Below, piece by piece: positions 20,028 to 29,077 of a stretch of 62,641 nucleotides of DNA. Positions within the stretch are counted from its first letter, which is position 1, and each line of letters opens with the position of its first letter. A program made the translations under genes and the position numbers. This DNA comes from Desulfopila sp. Lineage in GTDB: Bacteria; Desulfobacterota; Desulfobulbia; Desulfobulbales; Desulfocapsaceae. The notes under the pieces are model-generated. The model did not search any database, was not told the DNA's origin, and worked only from the letters and a program-made list of their open reading frames with translations. The stretch covers positions 1-62,641 of the forward strand of contig JBHEOR010000003.1 of NCBI GenBank assembly GCA_046260685.1, given 5' to 3'.

Positions 20028-20315
20028 ATGAACACCATTGAAAAAGCGTTTTCCATTTTTGCAATACTTTTTGCCATCGGACTGATAGCGGCATTTTGGG
20101 CGATCCCCGAGCTGCGACAGGTGAAGCTTCTCGTGCCCATCAGTTTTTTTGGCATGGTCATAAACATCGTGCTGATGTTCATTGTCCTTCGCGATATATT
20201 GTACCGTCGCTTCAGCACTCCCACGAAAAAGCTCATATGGCTCGGCGTGATACTGCTTTTCTGGCCCGCCATTCTCTACTACCTCCCCCGCCATGGCTTT
20301 CAGCCACGACAATAA
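20028..20315 (+). CDS. Small membrane protein (3 hydrophobic segments)
   Basis: Hydrophobic ORF co-oriented between rnd and the hotdog-fold genes. Confidence 0.7.
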   Translation: MNTIEKAFSIFAILFAIGLIAAFWAIPELRQVKLLVPISFFGMVINIVLMFIVLRDILYRRFSTPTKKLIWLGVILLFWPAILYYLPRHGFQPRQ

Positions 20316-20327
20316 TACCCTGTAACA

Positions 20328-20783
20328 ATGACAGCCAACACCAGTTCCAACGGCCTCCCCAGCCTTCCCTGTCGCGCGGAAAAGCTCCTCATGCACCGGA
20401 GTCCCATGCTGCTCATCGATGAGTTGCTCGAACGGCGCCATAATCATGCCGCCGCCTCCGCCATCCTGGACAAAAATAATATATGCATATCTGGAAATTC
20501 TGGAAATTTCGAAGTGCTGCCCGAATATTTCATAGAGATCCTCGCCCAGACAGTCGCAGCGGCCGACGGATATGACAATCTCGCCGCGGAAGCTCCACCG
20601 GGGGCCGGCTTTCTCGTTGGTGTCGAAGATTTCACCTCCACTCCACCCCCTGCAGGGCACCAAAATTTTATCGCCCGAATTGCCGTTACCATGGAAGCAG
20701 GCGCCATGAAAATAGTCCACGGCGAAGTTTTTGCCGGCGGTACCTCTGTTGCCAGAGCAGAGCTGAAACTCTGGCTGGAGTAA
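20328..20783 (+). CDS. Hotdog-fold 3-hydroxyacyl-ACP dehydratase-like protein
   Basis: LLMHRSPMLLIDEL...IEILAQTVAA...GFLVGV pattern of FabZ/ApeP-like proteins. Confidence 0.75.
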   Translation: MTANTSSNGLPSLPCRAEKLLMHRSPMLLIDELLERRHNHAAASAILDKNNICISGNSGNFEVLPEYFIEILAQTVAAADGYDNLAAEAPPGAGFLVGVEDFTSTPPPAGHQNFIARIAVTMEAGAMKIVHGEVFAGGTSVARAELKLWLE

Positions 20784-20793
20784 AGAGCCGATA

Positions 20794-20826
20794 TGCAATC
20801 ACAGTGCAATCACTGTGCAAGCACAG
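20794..20826. repeat. Tandem repeat, 11-bp unit TGCAATCACAG x3
   Basis: tgcaatcacag tgcaatcactg tgcaagcacag. Confidence 0.75.
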
Positions 20827-20926
20827 GCGTTGTCCTGTATACCGCGACAATCGCCTTCACCCATTCCGTCAACCATTCTCAACCATTCCTTCAAACCCGC
20901 CCATCGGGCAGACCATGTGACCGACC

Positions 20927-21367
20927 ATGACCTTCACTACCTTCACTATAAAGGATGCCATACCAGCATGTGTTGGCGCCGTTGCTATCACGCCTGCTCC
21001 AGACGGATGGAAAGAGCTTACAGCAGAATGTGTGTTCCCTGCAGCATTTCCGGGGTTTCAGGGGCATTTCCCAAACAGGCCCATACTCCCGGGAATTGTG
21101 CAGCTGGCATGTGTTCGGCACATTGTCGAACAGGCAACGGGCAGAAAGCTTACAGCCAGGAAATATGCCGGCGTCAAGTTCAAGCTCGCCATAGAGCCCA
21201 GCCGGCAGATCTCCATCCAAATCACTGTTGAACCCTCGGCCCATGCAATCCAGGGAAAATTTAAAATACGCGGCACCGCCAAAAAGATCATCTCCAGCGG
21301 CAGTTTTGTTTTCTCTCCAAAGGGAGTAGATGGGGTACATAAAGGACATGGAGAACAAGGAGAATAA
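20927..21367 (+). CDS. FabA/FabZ-like (ApeI-like) dehydratase
   Basis: FQGHFPNRPILPGIVQL and VKF..AI.P motifs. Confidence 0.8.
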   Translation: MTFTTFTIKDAIPACVGAVAITPAPDGWKELTAECVFPAAFPGFQGHFPNRPILPGIVQLACVRHIVEQATGRKLTARKYAGVKFKLAIEPSRQISIQITVEPSAHAIQGKFKIRGTAKKIISSGSFVFSPKGVDGVHKGHGEQGE

Positions 21368-21406
21368 GTATTTCACAGGGCCCTGCACAACAGGGTGTTT
21401 CCACAC

Positions 21407-21435
21407 TTGACATTACCGCCATACCACAGTAATAT
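21407..21435 (+). promoter_or_regulatory. Putative sigma70 promoter of ffh
   Basis: TTGACA-17 nt-TAATAT. Confidence 0.65.
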
Positions 21436-21571
21436 TACGTCCTTCAAAATCATTATATCCAACAAATCTCGCCTTTTTACCCGGGAACACTAAGGCGATA
21501 GAGGTATTATTGTATATTTTTTCAAGAACTTACATGCCTCGTATTCATATTAACCAGCGGTAGACGACACT

Positions 21572-22927
21572 ATGTTTGAAAACCTGACAGATCGGCTGGA
21601 GGGTGTCTTTAAAAAACTCCGTGGCCATGGCAGACTCTCCGAAGAAAACATTGAAGAGGCCATGCGCGAGGTGCGCACAGCCCTGCTCGAAGCCGATGTT
21701 AACTTCAAAGTAGCAAAGCAGTTTGTTGCCTCTGTTACCGAAAAGGCCGTGGGAAAAGAAGTCTCGCAGAAGCTCTCGCCCGGCCAGCAGGTTATAAAAA
21801 TCGTCCATGAGGAACTTGTCGAGCTGCTTGGCGGCAGCACGGAACAGATACGCCTTGACGGCAAGCAGCCGGTTATCATAATGATGGCTGGACTGCAGGG
21901 CTCGGGAAAAACGACGACATCGGGCAAGCTTGCCAAGATGCTCAAAGATAAGGGGCGCACCCCCTATCTCGTCCCCGCCGACGTCTATCGCCCGGCGGCC
22001 ATTGAACAGCTCCAGGTGCTGGGTGAACGACTTGACATCCCGGTCCATCCCTCCACAACGGCAATGAAGCCCACGGTTATCTGCAACCAGGCAATCCATG
22101 AGGCCAAAAATCATAACTACGATACCCTGATCATAGACACCGCCGGCCGACTCCACATAGACCACAACATGATGGAGGAGCTCAAGAATATACAGGCCGC
22201 CATAGAGCCATCCGAGGTGCTCTTTGTAGCCGACTCCATGACCGGTCAGGATGCAGTCAGCGTGGCCGACAGGTTCAACCAGGATCTTGAAATCTCCGGT
22301 GTCGTGTTGACCAAGATGGAAGGCGACGCCAGAGGCGGTGCGGCACTTTCCATTAAAAACGTCACGGGCAAACCGATCAAGTTTGTCGGTATCGGTGAAG
22401 CACTTGATGCCCTAGAGGTCTTCCACCCGGACAGGGTGGCCTCCCGTATTCTTGGCATGGGTGACATGCTCACCCTGATTGAAAAGGCTGAATCCGTCGT
22501 CGATAAAAAGCAAGCGGACGAGCTCTCCCAGAAGCTTAAAAAAAGCCAGTTTTCCCTGGAAGACTTTCTCGACCAGATTCAGCAGATCAAAAAAATGGGC
22601 TCCCTGGAACAGATCATGGGAATGATCCCGGGCATCAATAAGATGAAGCAGCAAATGCAGAACGCCCCGCAACCCGATGAGAAAGAACTCGCCAAAACCG
22701 AAGCGATCATCCGCTCCATGACCCATAAGGAACGGCGTGACCATCGCATCATCAATGCCGGCCGACGACAGCGTATTGCCAATGGATCGGGAACAACCGT
22801 TGCAGATGTCAACCGAGTTATGAAAAGTTACACCGGCATGCTGAAAATGATGAAAAAGATGAAGGGCAAACCCGGCAAGGTGTCTGGTCAAAAGCGGAGA
22901 AAAATGCCCAAAGGATTACGAAAGTAA
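21572..22927 (+). CDS. ffh: Signal recognition particle protein
   Basis: GLQGSGKTT, DTAGR, TKMEGDARGG and a Met-rich M domain. Confidence 0.98.
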   Translation: MFENLTDRLEGVFKKLRGHGRLSEENIEEAMREVRTALLEADVNFKVAKQFVASVTEKAVGKEVSQKLSPGQQVIKIVHEELVELLGGSTEQIRLDGKQPVIIMMAGLQGSGKTTTSGKLAKMLKDKGRTPYLVPADVYRPAAIEQLQVLGERLDIPVHPSTTAMKPTVICNQAIHEAKNHNYDTLIIDTAGRLHIDHNMMEELKNIQAAIEPSEVLFVADSMTGQDAVSVADRFNQDLEISGVVLTKMEGDARGGAALSIKNVTGKPIKFVGIGEALDALEVFHPDRVASRILGMGDMLTLIEKAESVVDKKQADELSQKLKKSQFSLEDFLDQIQQIKKMGSLEQIMGMIPGINKMKQQMQNAPQPDEKELAKTEAIIRSMTHKERRDHRIINAGRRQRIANGSGTTVADVNRVMKSYTGMLKMMKKMKGKPGKVSGQKRRKMPKGLRK

Positions 22928-22989
22928 GATACGAAGAAGTACAACGGCATTGTGGTAAAAACACAACATGCTCTACCATAGAGCTTTTT

Positions 22990-23025
22990 GTATACACTAA
23001 AGTATACACTAAAGTATACACCAAA
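22990..23025. repeat. Tandem repeat, 12-bp unit GTATACACTAAA x3
   Basis: gtatacactaaa x2 followed by gtatacaccaaa. Confidence 0.8.
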
Positions 23026-23103
23026 CGCAATTACTTGCGGGGGAAGCGACGTAATGTACCTCCCCCCGGCAGTGTAACTGCTTGCAGGGTGCCGGAGATT
23101 CTT

Positions 23104-23132
23104 GTAGGGGCACGGTGCGCCCGTGGCCCTGA
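23104..23132 (+). repeat. GTAG-type REP-like palindrome
   Basis: GTAGGGGCACGG-TGCGC-CCGTGGCCCTGA, nested in a larger CAGGG...CCCTG stem. Confidence 0.45.
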
Positions 23133-23211
23133 TCGCGGCAAAATCTGGTGCCCTGTGAGCAGTTACCACCAAACAATGATTCATTACTACACAGCGAAGG
23201 AGTAACCTGGA

Positions 23212-23457
23212 ATGGCAGTACGTATACGTTTAACACGACTTGGCAGAAAGAAAAAACCTTTCTATCGCATCATCGTAGCAGACAGTGAAAGCAAGCGTGA
23301 CGGCAAGTTCCTTGACACTTTGGGGACCTACGACCCGTTGCAGAACCCGACGGTCGTCAAGATCGACAACGACAAACTGCAGGAATGGCTTGGTAGAGGA
23401 GCGCTTCCCACCACAACGGTGAAAAGCCTCATCAAACAAGCCGCTACCGCACAATAG
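23212..23457 (+). CDS. rpsP: 30S ribosomal protein S16
   Basis: MAVRIRLTRLGRKKKPFYRIIVADS...RDG...LGTYDP. Confidence 0.98.
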   Translation: MAVRIRLTRLGRKKKPFYRIIVADSESKRDGKFLDTLGTYDPLQNPTVVKIDNDKLQEWLGRGALPTTTVKSLIKQAATAQ

Positions 23458-23696
23458 TGGCGATCATGCAGGAACTTGTGACCCACATAGCTCAAGGACT
23501 CGTCGACAAGCCCGACGAAGTTGCCACGACCATGAGCGATGAGGACGACACCGTCACCATCAAGCTCAGTGTTGCTCAGGACGATCTTGGCAAAGTCATC
23601 GGCAAGCAGGGCAGAACGGCACGGGCAATGCGAACGCTGCTCTCAACGGCTGCCGAGAAAGCGGGCAAAAAATCGCGGCTTGATATTGTCGAATAG
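23457..23696 (+). CDS. khpA: KH-domain RNA-binding protein KhpA
   Basis: LVDKPD...DLGKVIGKQGRTARAMR; located between rpsP and rimM. Confidence 0.93.
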   Translation: MAIMQELVTHIAQGLVDKPDEVATTMSDEDDTVTIKLSVAQDDLGKVIGKQGRTARAMRTLLSTAAEKAGKKSRLDIVE

Positions 23697-23756
23697 CTCG
23701 GGCTGGTCAAATGCGGTCGCTTACCCCATATGTAGCGGGACATTTTGATCGTAGAA

Positions 23757-24302
23757 ATGGTAGATGACTTCAGCTTTCCCGAAGAACGGTTTGTACTTGC
23801 CGGCACGGTAAGTAAACCACACGGCCTCCGCGGAGAACTGAAACTGCAGCGCTTCTCCGACAGTGCCGAAACATTGATGCGCTCCCCCGGATTCGTCCTC
23901 GTCGATGATCAGGGGCGGCTGTCCGACAGGTACGCCGTGGAAAACGCACGGCTGCAGGGAAAGGTCGTCGTTGTCAAGCTCAACAGTGTCGATGATCGCA
24001 CCGGCGCGGAAAGTCTTGTGGGAAAAGGCGTCCTTGTCAACAAAGATGATCTTCCAGCGCTGGAAGATGGCCACTATTACTGGTACCAGTTTATCGGACT
24101 GAGCGTCACCACGGTGGACGATGAGATGCTTGGCACGGTACGGTCAATTTTCTTTAACGGGGCGCAGGATATATTGGTGGTGGAAGGGGACAACGGCGAG
24201 ATGTTGATCCCCATCGTCGATGATATTATCAGGCAGCATACTCCAACCGGGGTGGTCGTTGCACCACCGCCCGGGCTTCTTGATATTAATGTCGTCAAAT
24301 AG
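23757..24302 (+). CDS. rimM: Ribosome maturation factor RimM
   Basis: KPHGLRGE, YYWYQFIGL.V, GAQDILVV and LIP.V. Confidence 0.94.
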   Translation: MVDDFSFPEERFVLAGTVSKPHGLRGELKLQRFSDSAETLMRSPGFVLVDDQGRLSDRYAVENARLQGKVVVVKLNSVDDRTGAESLVGKGVLVNKDDLPALEDGHYYWYQFIGLSVTTVDDEMLGTVRSIFFNGAQDILVVEGDNGEMLIPIVDDIIRQHTPTGVVVAPPPGLLDINVVK

Positions 24303-24493
24303 TATGAACCTCTAAAAATTGTGCCCGGCTGCAGGTGCATTACGGAAGCGGCATCTCCGTTGGCTGCCGGCTCGTTCCCAGGGCCTTCATGGTTCCTGAC
24401 GGAACAGGGGAGGAGGTTGTCCGGGGGTAAACATTTTCGGACACCCTGCCGGCAGAGGGTGTTTGCATTTTCATCGTACCGGGGCATCCTTAA

Positions 24494-25258
24494 ATGCTTT
24501 TTGACATAGTAACTCTTTTTCCCGGCCTCTTTGACTCCGTTCTCAACGAAAGCATTATCAAGCGGGCACGGCAGCAGGAGCTGGTTGAGATAGACTTTAC
24601 CAAAATTCGCGACTTTGCCACCGACCGTCATGCCACGACGGATGACCGCCCCTTCGGCGGCGGCGAGGGTATGGTGATGAAGGCCGATCCACTGGCGGCA
24701 GCGTTGCGGCACAGCCGGCGCCGGGACACATCCCGACGGGTGGTTCTGCTGACCCCTCAGGGACGTGTTTTTTCACAAGCGCTGGCCCGGGAGTTGGCGG
24801 ATGAAAAGCATATTGCCTTGATCTGCGGCCGATATGAGGGCGTAGACGAGCGATTTTGCCAAAAGTATGTTACAGATGAAATCTCGATTGGCGATTTCAT
24901 TCTGACCGGCGGCGAGCTTGGCGCCCTGGTCATTATCGATGCGGTGACCAGGCTGCTTCCCGGGGTTCTTGGCTGCCCCGACTCAGCTGCCAACGACAGC
25001 TTCAGCAGGAATCTGCTCAAGCACCCTCAGTACACCAGGCCACGTGATTTCGAGGGAATGACGGTACCGGAAGCACTGCTTTCGGGCGACCACCAGCACA
25101 TTGCAGACTATCGTTTCATTGCTTCCGTCAAACGGACACTGGAACGCAGACCGGAGTTATTGCTGCAGGAGGAGTTTTCTCCTGGAGAAATAAAGCTCCT
25201 TAAAAAATGCGGTATGTATGAAGCCGTCAAAGAGATTCAGACAGGGCGAAGAGGGTAA
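24494..25258 (+). CDS. trmD: tRNA (guanine37-N1)-methyltransferase
   Basis: DDRPFGGGEGMVM, CGRYEGVDER, SIGDFILTGGE and PQYTRP. Confidence 0.98.
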   Translation: MLFDIVTLFPGLFDSVLNESIIKRARQQELVEIDFTKIRDFATDRHATTDDRPFGGGEGMVMKADPLAAALRHSRRRDTSRRVVLLTPQGRVFSQALARELADEKHIALICGRYEGVDERFCQKYVTDEISIGDFILTGGELGALVIIDAVTRLLPGVLGCPDSAANDSFSRNLLKHPQYTRPRDFEGMTVPEALLSGDHQHIADYRFIASVKRTLERRPELLLQEEFSPGEIKLLKKCGMYEAVKEIQTGRRG

Positions 25259-25845
25259 TGGAACAACAACGGCAGGGTGAAGTCAATATTGCCCTCATCC
25301 ATCACCCGGTTCTTGGACGCAACAATGAAACCATCGGTTCGGCAGTTACGAATCTGGATATCCATGACATCGCCCGCACTGCTAAAACATATGGGGTTCA
25401 CCGCTATTACATTGTGACTCCATACCACGATCAGCAACAACTTGTCGGCGAAATCATCGACCATTGGCAAACCGGCCATGGGTCGACCTACAACCCGGCA
25501 CGCAAAAAAGCATTTGAGCTGGTACGGCCGGCAGGATCGCTTGATGAGGTCATCGAGGCCATTGGACAACGGCAGGGACGGAATCCGGCACGTGTAACAA
25601 CCAGCGCGCTGCACCAGGAAAAAGCACTTTCCTACAGCAACAGCCGCAAGCGTATGGCCGCCGGCGAGCCGACCCTGCTCATCTTTGGCACCGCCCACGG
25701 TTTAGCCGCCGAGGTCACAGCAAAAGCCGATTATACTCTGCCTGCCATCATGGGCCGAACCGGGTACAATCATCTTTCCGTTCGAGCAGCGGTTGCCATC
25801 ATATGCGACCGGCTGCTCGGCGAGAGTATTGACAAAAAGGAGTGA
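25258..25845 (+). CDS. SPOUT-family RNA methyltransferase (trmD-associated)
   Basis: VTNLDIHDIAR, FGTAHGL and YNHLSVRAAVAIICDRL. Confidence 0.85.
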   Translation: MEQQRQGEVNIALIHHPVLGRNNETIGSAVTNLDIHDIARTAKTYGVHRYYIVTPYHDQQQLVGEIIDHWQTGHGSTYNPARKKAFELVRPAGSLDEVIEAIGQRQGRNPARVTTSALHQEKALSYSNSRKRMAAGEPTLLIFGTAHGLAAEVTAKADYTLPAIMGRTGYNHLSVRAAVAIICDRLLGESIDKKE

Positions 25846-25925
25846 AAGCGGTTGCATCAAAAATGCGGCACTTTCACACGCGAACAGCAAGCAATAATCA
25901 GAAAAGTTCAACCTACTAGAATGTT

Positions 25926-26276
25926 ATGAGTGCAATCATTGATAAAATTGAATTAGAGCAGATGCGAATGGATCATCCCGATTTCCGTCCGGGTGATACT
26001 GTCAAGGTACATATTCGCATTATTGAGGGAAGCAAGGAACGCGTCCAGATTTTTCAGGGTGTCGTTATTCGACGCAAACGTGGCACAATGAACGCTTCTT
26101 ATACAGTACGTAAGATGTCCCACGGCGTTGGCGTCGAAAAGACCTTTGCTCTGCACAATCCTCGTATCGAAAAAATCGAGATTGTTTCCAGAGGACGTGT
26201 ACGCAGATCGCGGCTCTTCTACCTGCGCAGCCGTCGCGGCAAAGCCGCCCGTATACGCGAGCGCTCAACACGCTAA
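25926..26276 (+). CDS. rplS: 50S ribosomal protein L19
   Basis: [27 protein letters not shown] and [12 protein letters not shown]. Confidence 0.98.
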   Translation: MSAIIDKIELEQMRMDHPDFRPGDTVKVHIRIIEGSKERVQIFQGVVIRRKRGTMNASYTVRKMSHGVGVEKTFALHNPRIEKIEIVSRGRVRRSRLFYLRSRRGKAARIRERSTR

Positions 26277-26359
26277 TCGCCCCGGGGAGTTTCAGGGAAT
26301 TATCCGCGGTGGAATCTCCACAGTGGAGTTTCCTGAAACAACACAGCGGAAAGTAAACC

Positions 26360-27013
26360 TTGGTCTTGCGCAATCATCGGCTTATTGGCGATAGCGAAAC
26401 CGATAATTCGCACTTCGAGAACCGGCTGCGCGCCCGGGGCTGGGATTGTGTTGCCGGAACCGACGAAGCCGGACGAGGTCCTCTTGCCGGACCGGTGGTC
26501 GCAGCATGTGTCTCTTTTCCTGAAGACGCCGACATCTCGGCTTTTCAAGACTCAAAAATGCTGACCGCCGCACGGCGCCGGTACCTGGCAGGCATAGTCC
26601 GACAGGGCAATGGCTGTGTGGGGATCGGGGTGGTGTCGCATCAACGCATTGACACCATCAATATCCTGCAGGCTTCACTGCTGGCCATGAAGCTGTCGGT
26701 ATTGCATCATGGCACCGTTGCCGGGGTGCCGGACTATCTTCTGGTGGACGGCAATTTCACCATTGCTCTTGGCATTGCCCAGCTCGCCTTGAAAAAAGGT
26801 GAAAGCAAAAGCGGCTCCATCGCTGCTGCATCGATTATTGCCAAGGTCTATCGTGATAGAATCATGACGATTTTAGACAAAAAGCATCCACAGTATGGAT
26901 TTGCACGGAATAAAGGCTACCCAACCAGGGCCCACCGTCAGGCAATCGCTTCATTCGGCCCCTGTCCCTGCCACCGGATGACTTTTAAAGGAGTGCGTGA
27001 ATTTGTCGCATAA
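26360..27013 (+). CDS. rnhB: Ribonuclease HII
   Basis: GTDEAGRGPLAGPVVAA, DSK, LVDG, IAAASIIAKV.RD and KGYPT..H. Confidence 0.96.
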   Translation: MVLRNHRLIGDSETDNSHFENRLRARGWDCVAGTDEAGRGPLAGPVVAACVSFPEDADISAFQDSKMLTAARRRYLAGIVRQGNGCVGIGVVSHQRIDTINILQASLLAMKLSVLHHGTVAGVPDYLLVDGNFTIALGIAQLALKKGESKSGSIAAASIIAKVYRDRIMTILDKKHPQYGFARNKGYPTRAHRQAIASFGPCPCHRMTFKGVREFVA

Positions 27014-27377
27014 TCGACGCATACTCGGCCAGGGCGGTGAATCCACGGCGGTGGATTTTCTGCGCCGTCAGGGCTACACCATACTCGAAACAAACTTTAC
27101 TACGAAAAACGGTGAGATCGACATCGTTGCCGCCATTGATGACATTCTGGTTTTCACAGAGGTAAAAACCAGAAAAAGTACCTTTCTAGGCTCTCCTCTT
27201 GCCGCCGTCACCTCAAAAAAACAACGCCAGATCAGCAAGGTTGCCCTGGGCTACCTCAAGCTTCACAAACTTTTTGACAACGATGCTCGCTTTGACGTTA
27301 TCGCCGTACAGCTGCAGCCATCGGGCCCGCCCCGCATCGAGCATATTGAAAACGCCTTTGATCTCAATTATGGATAG
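26997..27377 (+). CDS. yraN: YraN family protein
   Basis: GE..A..FL...GY.ILE.N, GEIDIVA, F.EVKTR and RFDV. Confidence 0.93.
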   Translation: MNLSHNRRILGQGGESTAVDFLRRQGYTILETNFTTKNGEIDIVAAIDDILVFTEVKTRKSTFLGSPLAAVTSKKQRQISKVALGYLKLHKLFDNDARFDVIAVQLQPSGPPRIEHIENAFDLNYG

Positions 27378-27422
27378 ACGACAGGAAAGTGAGATACTAC
27401 AGACTCTTCCCAAACTAAAGAC

Positions 27423-28406
27423 ATGTCACCCTTAGCCATAACCATGGGCTGCCCCGTCGGCATAGGCCCGGAAATCATACTTCGTTGCTTTGGCGCTTCC
27501 AGGACGACCGGTCGGCCCGCCGTTGTCATAGGTGATCAGGCGGTGCTTGAATGGACCGCCGACCATCTGGGCCTCGACATTTCATGTGTTTCCTGGCAAC
27601 CGGGCGATCCCCTGCCTGCCCATGGCATTCCGGTCTGCTCTGTTTCCAGGCTCACCCCCGGCGCACTTCAATGGGGCTCTCCCAACCGGCAAACCGGCGT
27701 CGCCATGGCCCGATATATAGAGGTGGCTGTAGAATTGACCCGGCAAGGGGTGCTGGATGGTATCGTCACCTGCCCCATCTCCAAGACCGCCCTGCGTATG
27801 GCGGACTATCGCTATCCCGGCCACACCGAAATGCTGGCTGATCTTACCGGTCAATCCAATTATACTATGATGATGGTCGGCGCCACATTGCGGGTCAGCC
27901 TGGTTACCATCCACTGCTCGTTACAGGAAAGTATCCATCGGCTCAATATTGCCTCCATTTGCCACAATATACAGCTCCTCCACTCCGCATTGCGGCAGGA
28001 TTTCGGCATATCACAGCCTCGAATTGCGGTTGCCGGGCTCAATCCTCACGCAGGTGAAGAATGTCTTTTCGGCACCGAAGAACGCGACATAATCGCACCT
28101 GCCATAGGGCAATTCCGGCAGAGCATGGATATTGCCGGCCCGGTTCCACCGGATACCGTCTTCCACAAAGCCGCCCAGGGCGCCTATGACGGTGTTGTCT
28201 GCATGTATCATGATCAGGGGTTGATCCCCTTCAAGCTCCTTCATTTTAATGACGGTGTCAACGTTACCATAGGATTGCCCATCGTCCGCACCTCCGTTGA
28301 CCATGGCACAGCCTACGACATCGCCGGGCTAGGGCTTGCCTCCATGGACAGCCTTGCCGCAGCAGTCGAGCTTGGTGCGGTAATTGCCGCAAACAGAAAA
28401 AAATGA
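27423..28406 (+). CDS. pdxA: 4-hydroxythreonine-4-phosphate dehydrogenase
   Basis: GIGPEI, GHTE, NPHAGE, MYHDQGLIP and RTSVDHGTAYDIAG. Confidence 0.95.
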   Translation: MSPLAITMGCPVGIGPEIILRCFGASRTTGRPAVVIGDQAVLEWTADHLGLDISCVSWQPGDPLPAHGIPVCSVSRLTPGALQWGSPNRQTGVAMARYIEVAVELTRQGVLDGIVTCPISKTALRMADYRYPGHTEMLADLTGQSNYTMMMVGATLRVSLVTIHCSLQESIHRLNIASICHNIQLLHSALRQDFGISQPRIAVAGLNPHAGEECLFGTEERDIIAPAIGQFRQSMDIAGPVPPDTVFHKAAQGAYDGVVCMYHDQGLIPFKLLHFNDGVNVTIGLPIVRTSVDHGTAYDIAGLGLASMDSLAAAVELGAVIAANRKK

Positions 28407-28443
28407 ATGTGCTCCCCCAAAAATCTCAACCATATACCCGGCT

Positions 28444-29070
28444 ATGGATATTGTTTTGCAAAAGGGCTGTCTTATAGTTTTTGAAGGAATAGATGGAACC
28501 GGTAAATCGACACAATTGCAATTGCTGGCGAGTCATCTTACGCAGCAGGGCTTGAGCGTCGTTGCAACCAAAGAGCCGACCAACGGCGGCTATGGCAAAA
28601 AGATTCGTCAACTCTACAGCGACCGGCAGCAAATGAGCATTACGGAAGAACTTGCCCTGTTTGTTGAAGACCGGCGTGAGCACGTCAACAACGTAATAGA
28701 GCCTGCTCTGGAGGCACACAAAATCATACTCTGCGATCGCTACTTTCTTTCCACCATTGCCTACCAGGGTGCTGCCGGAGCCGATCCCCAGGAGATTGCC
28801 CGTTTGAATGATTTTGCTCCCCGCCCCGATCTTGCGTTTATCTTTGAAGCCGACCCTCAATCATCAACCAAGAGAATCACCGAGCAGCGGGGCGACAGCC
28901 TCAATGATTTTGAACAACTGGAAACGCTGCAGCGGGTGGCCGCTCAGTTCAGTGCTCTGCAGCAATCATATATTCGCCGCATAGACGCTCTGCAACCTGT
29001 CGACACCATCCACAGGGAAGTCGCTTTCCATGCCGAAGGGCTTATTCACAACCTTAAACCATTGTCATAA
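28444..29070 (+). CDS. tmk: Thymidylate kinase
   Basis: FEGIDGTGKSTQ, EP and CDRYFLSTIAYQG. Confidence 0.96.
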   Translation: MDIVLQKGCLIVFEGIDGTGKSTQLQLLASHLTQQGLSVVATKEPTNGGYGKKIRQLYSDRQQMSITEELALFVEDRREHVNNVIEPALEAHKIILCDRYFLSTIAYQGAAGADPQEIARLNDFAPRPDLAFIFEADPQSSTKRITEQRGDSLNDFEQLETLQRVAAQFSALQQSYIRRIDALQPVDTIHREVAFHAEGLIHNLKPLS

Positions 29071-29077
29071 ACACATC

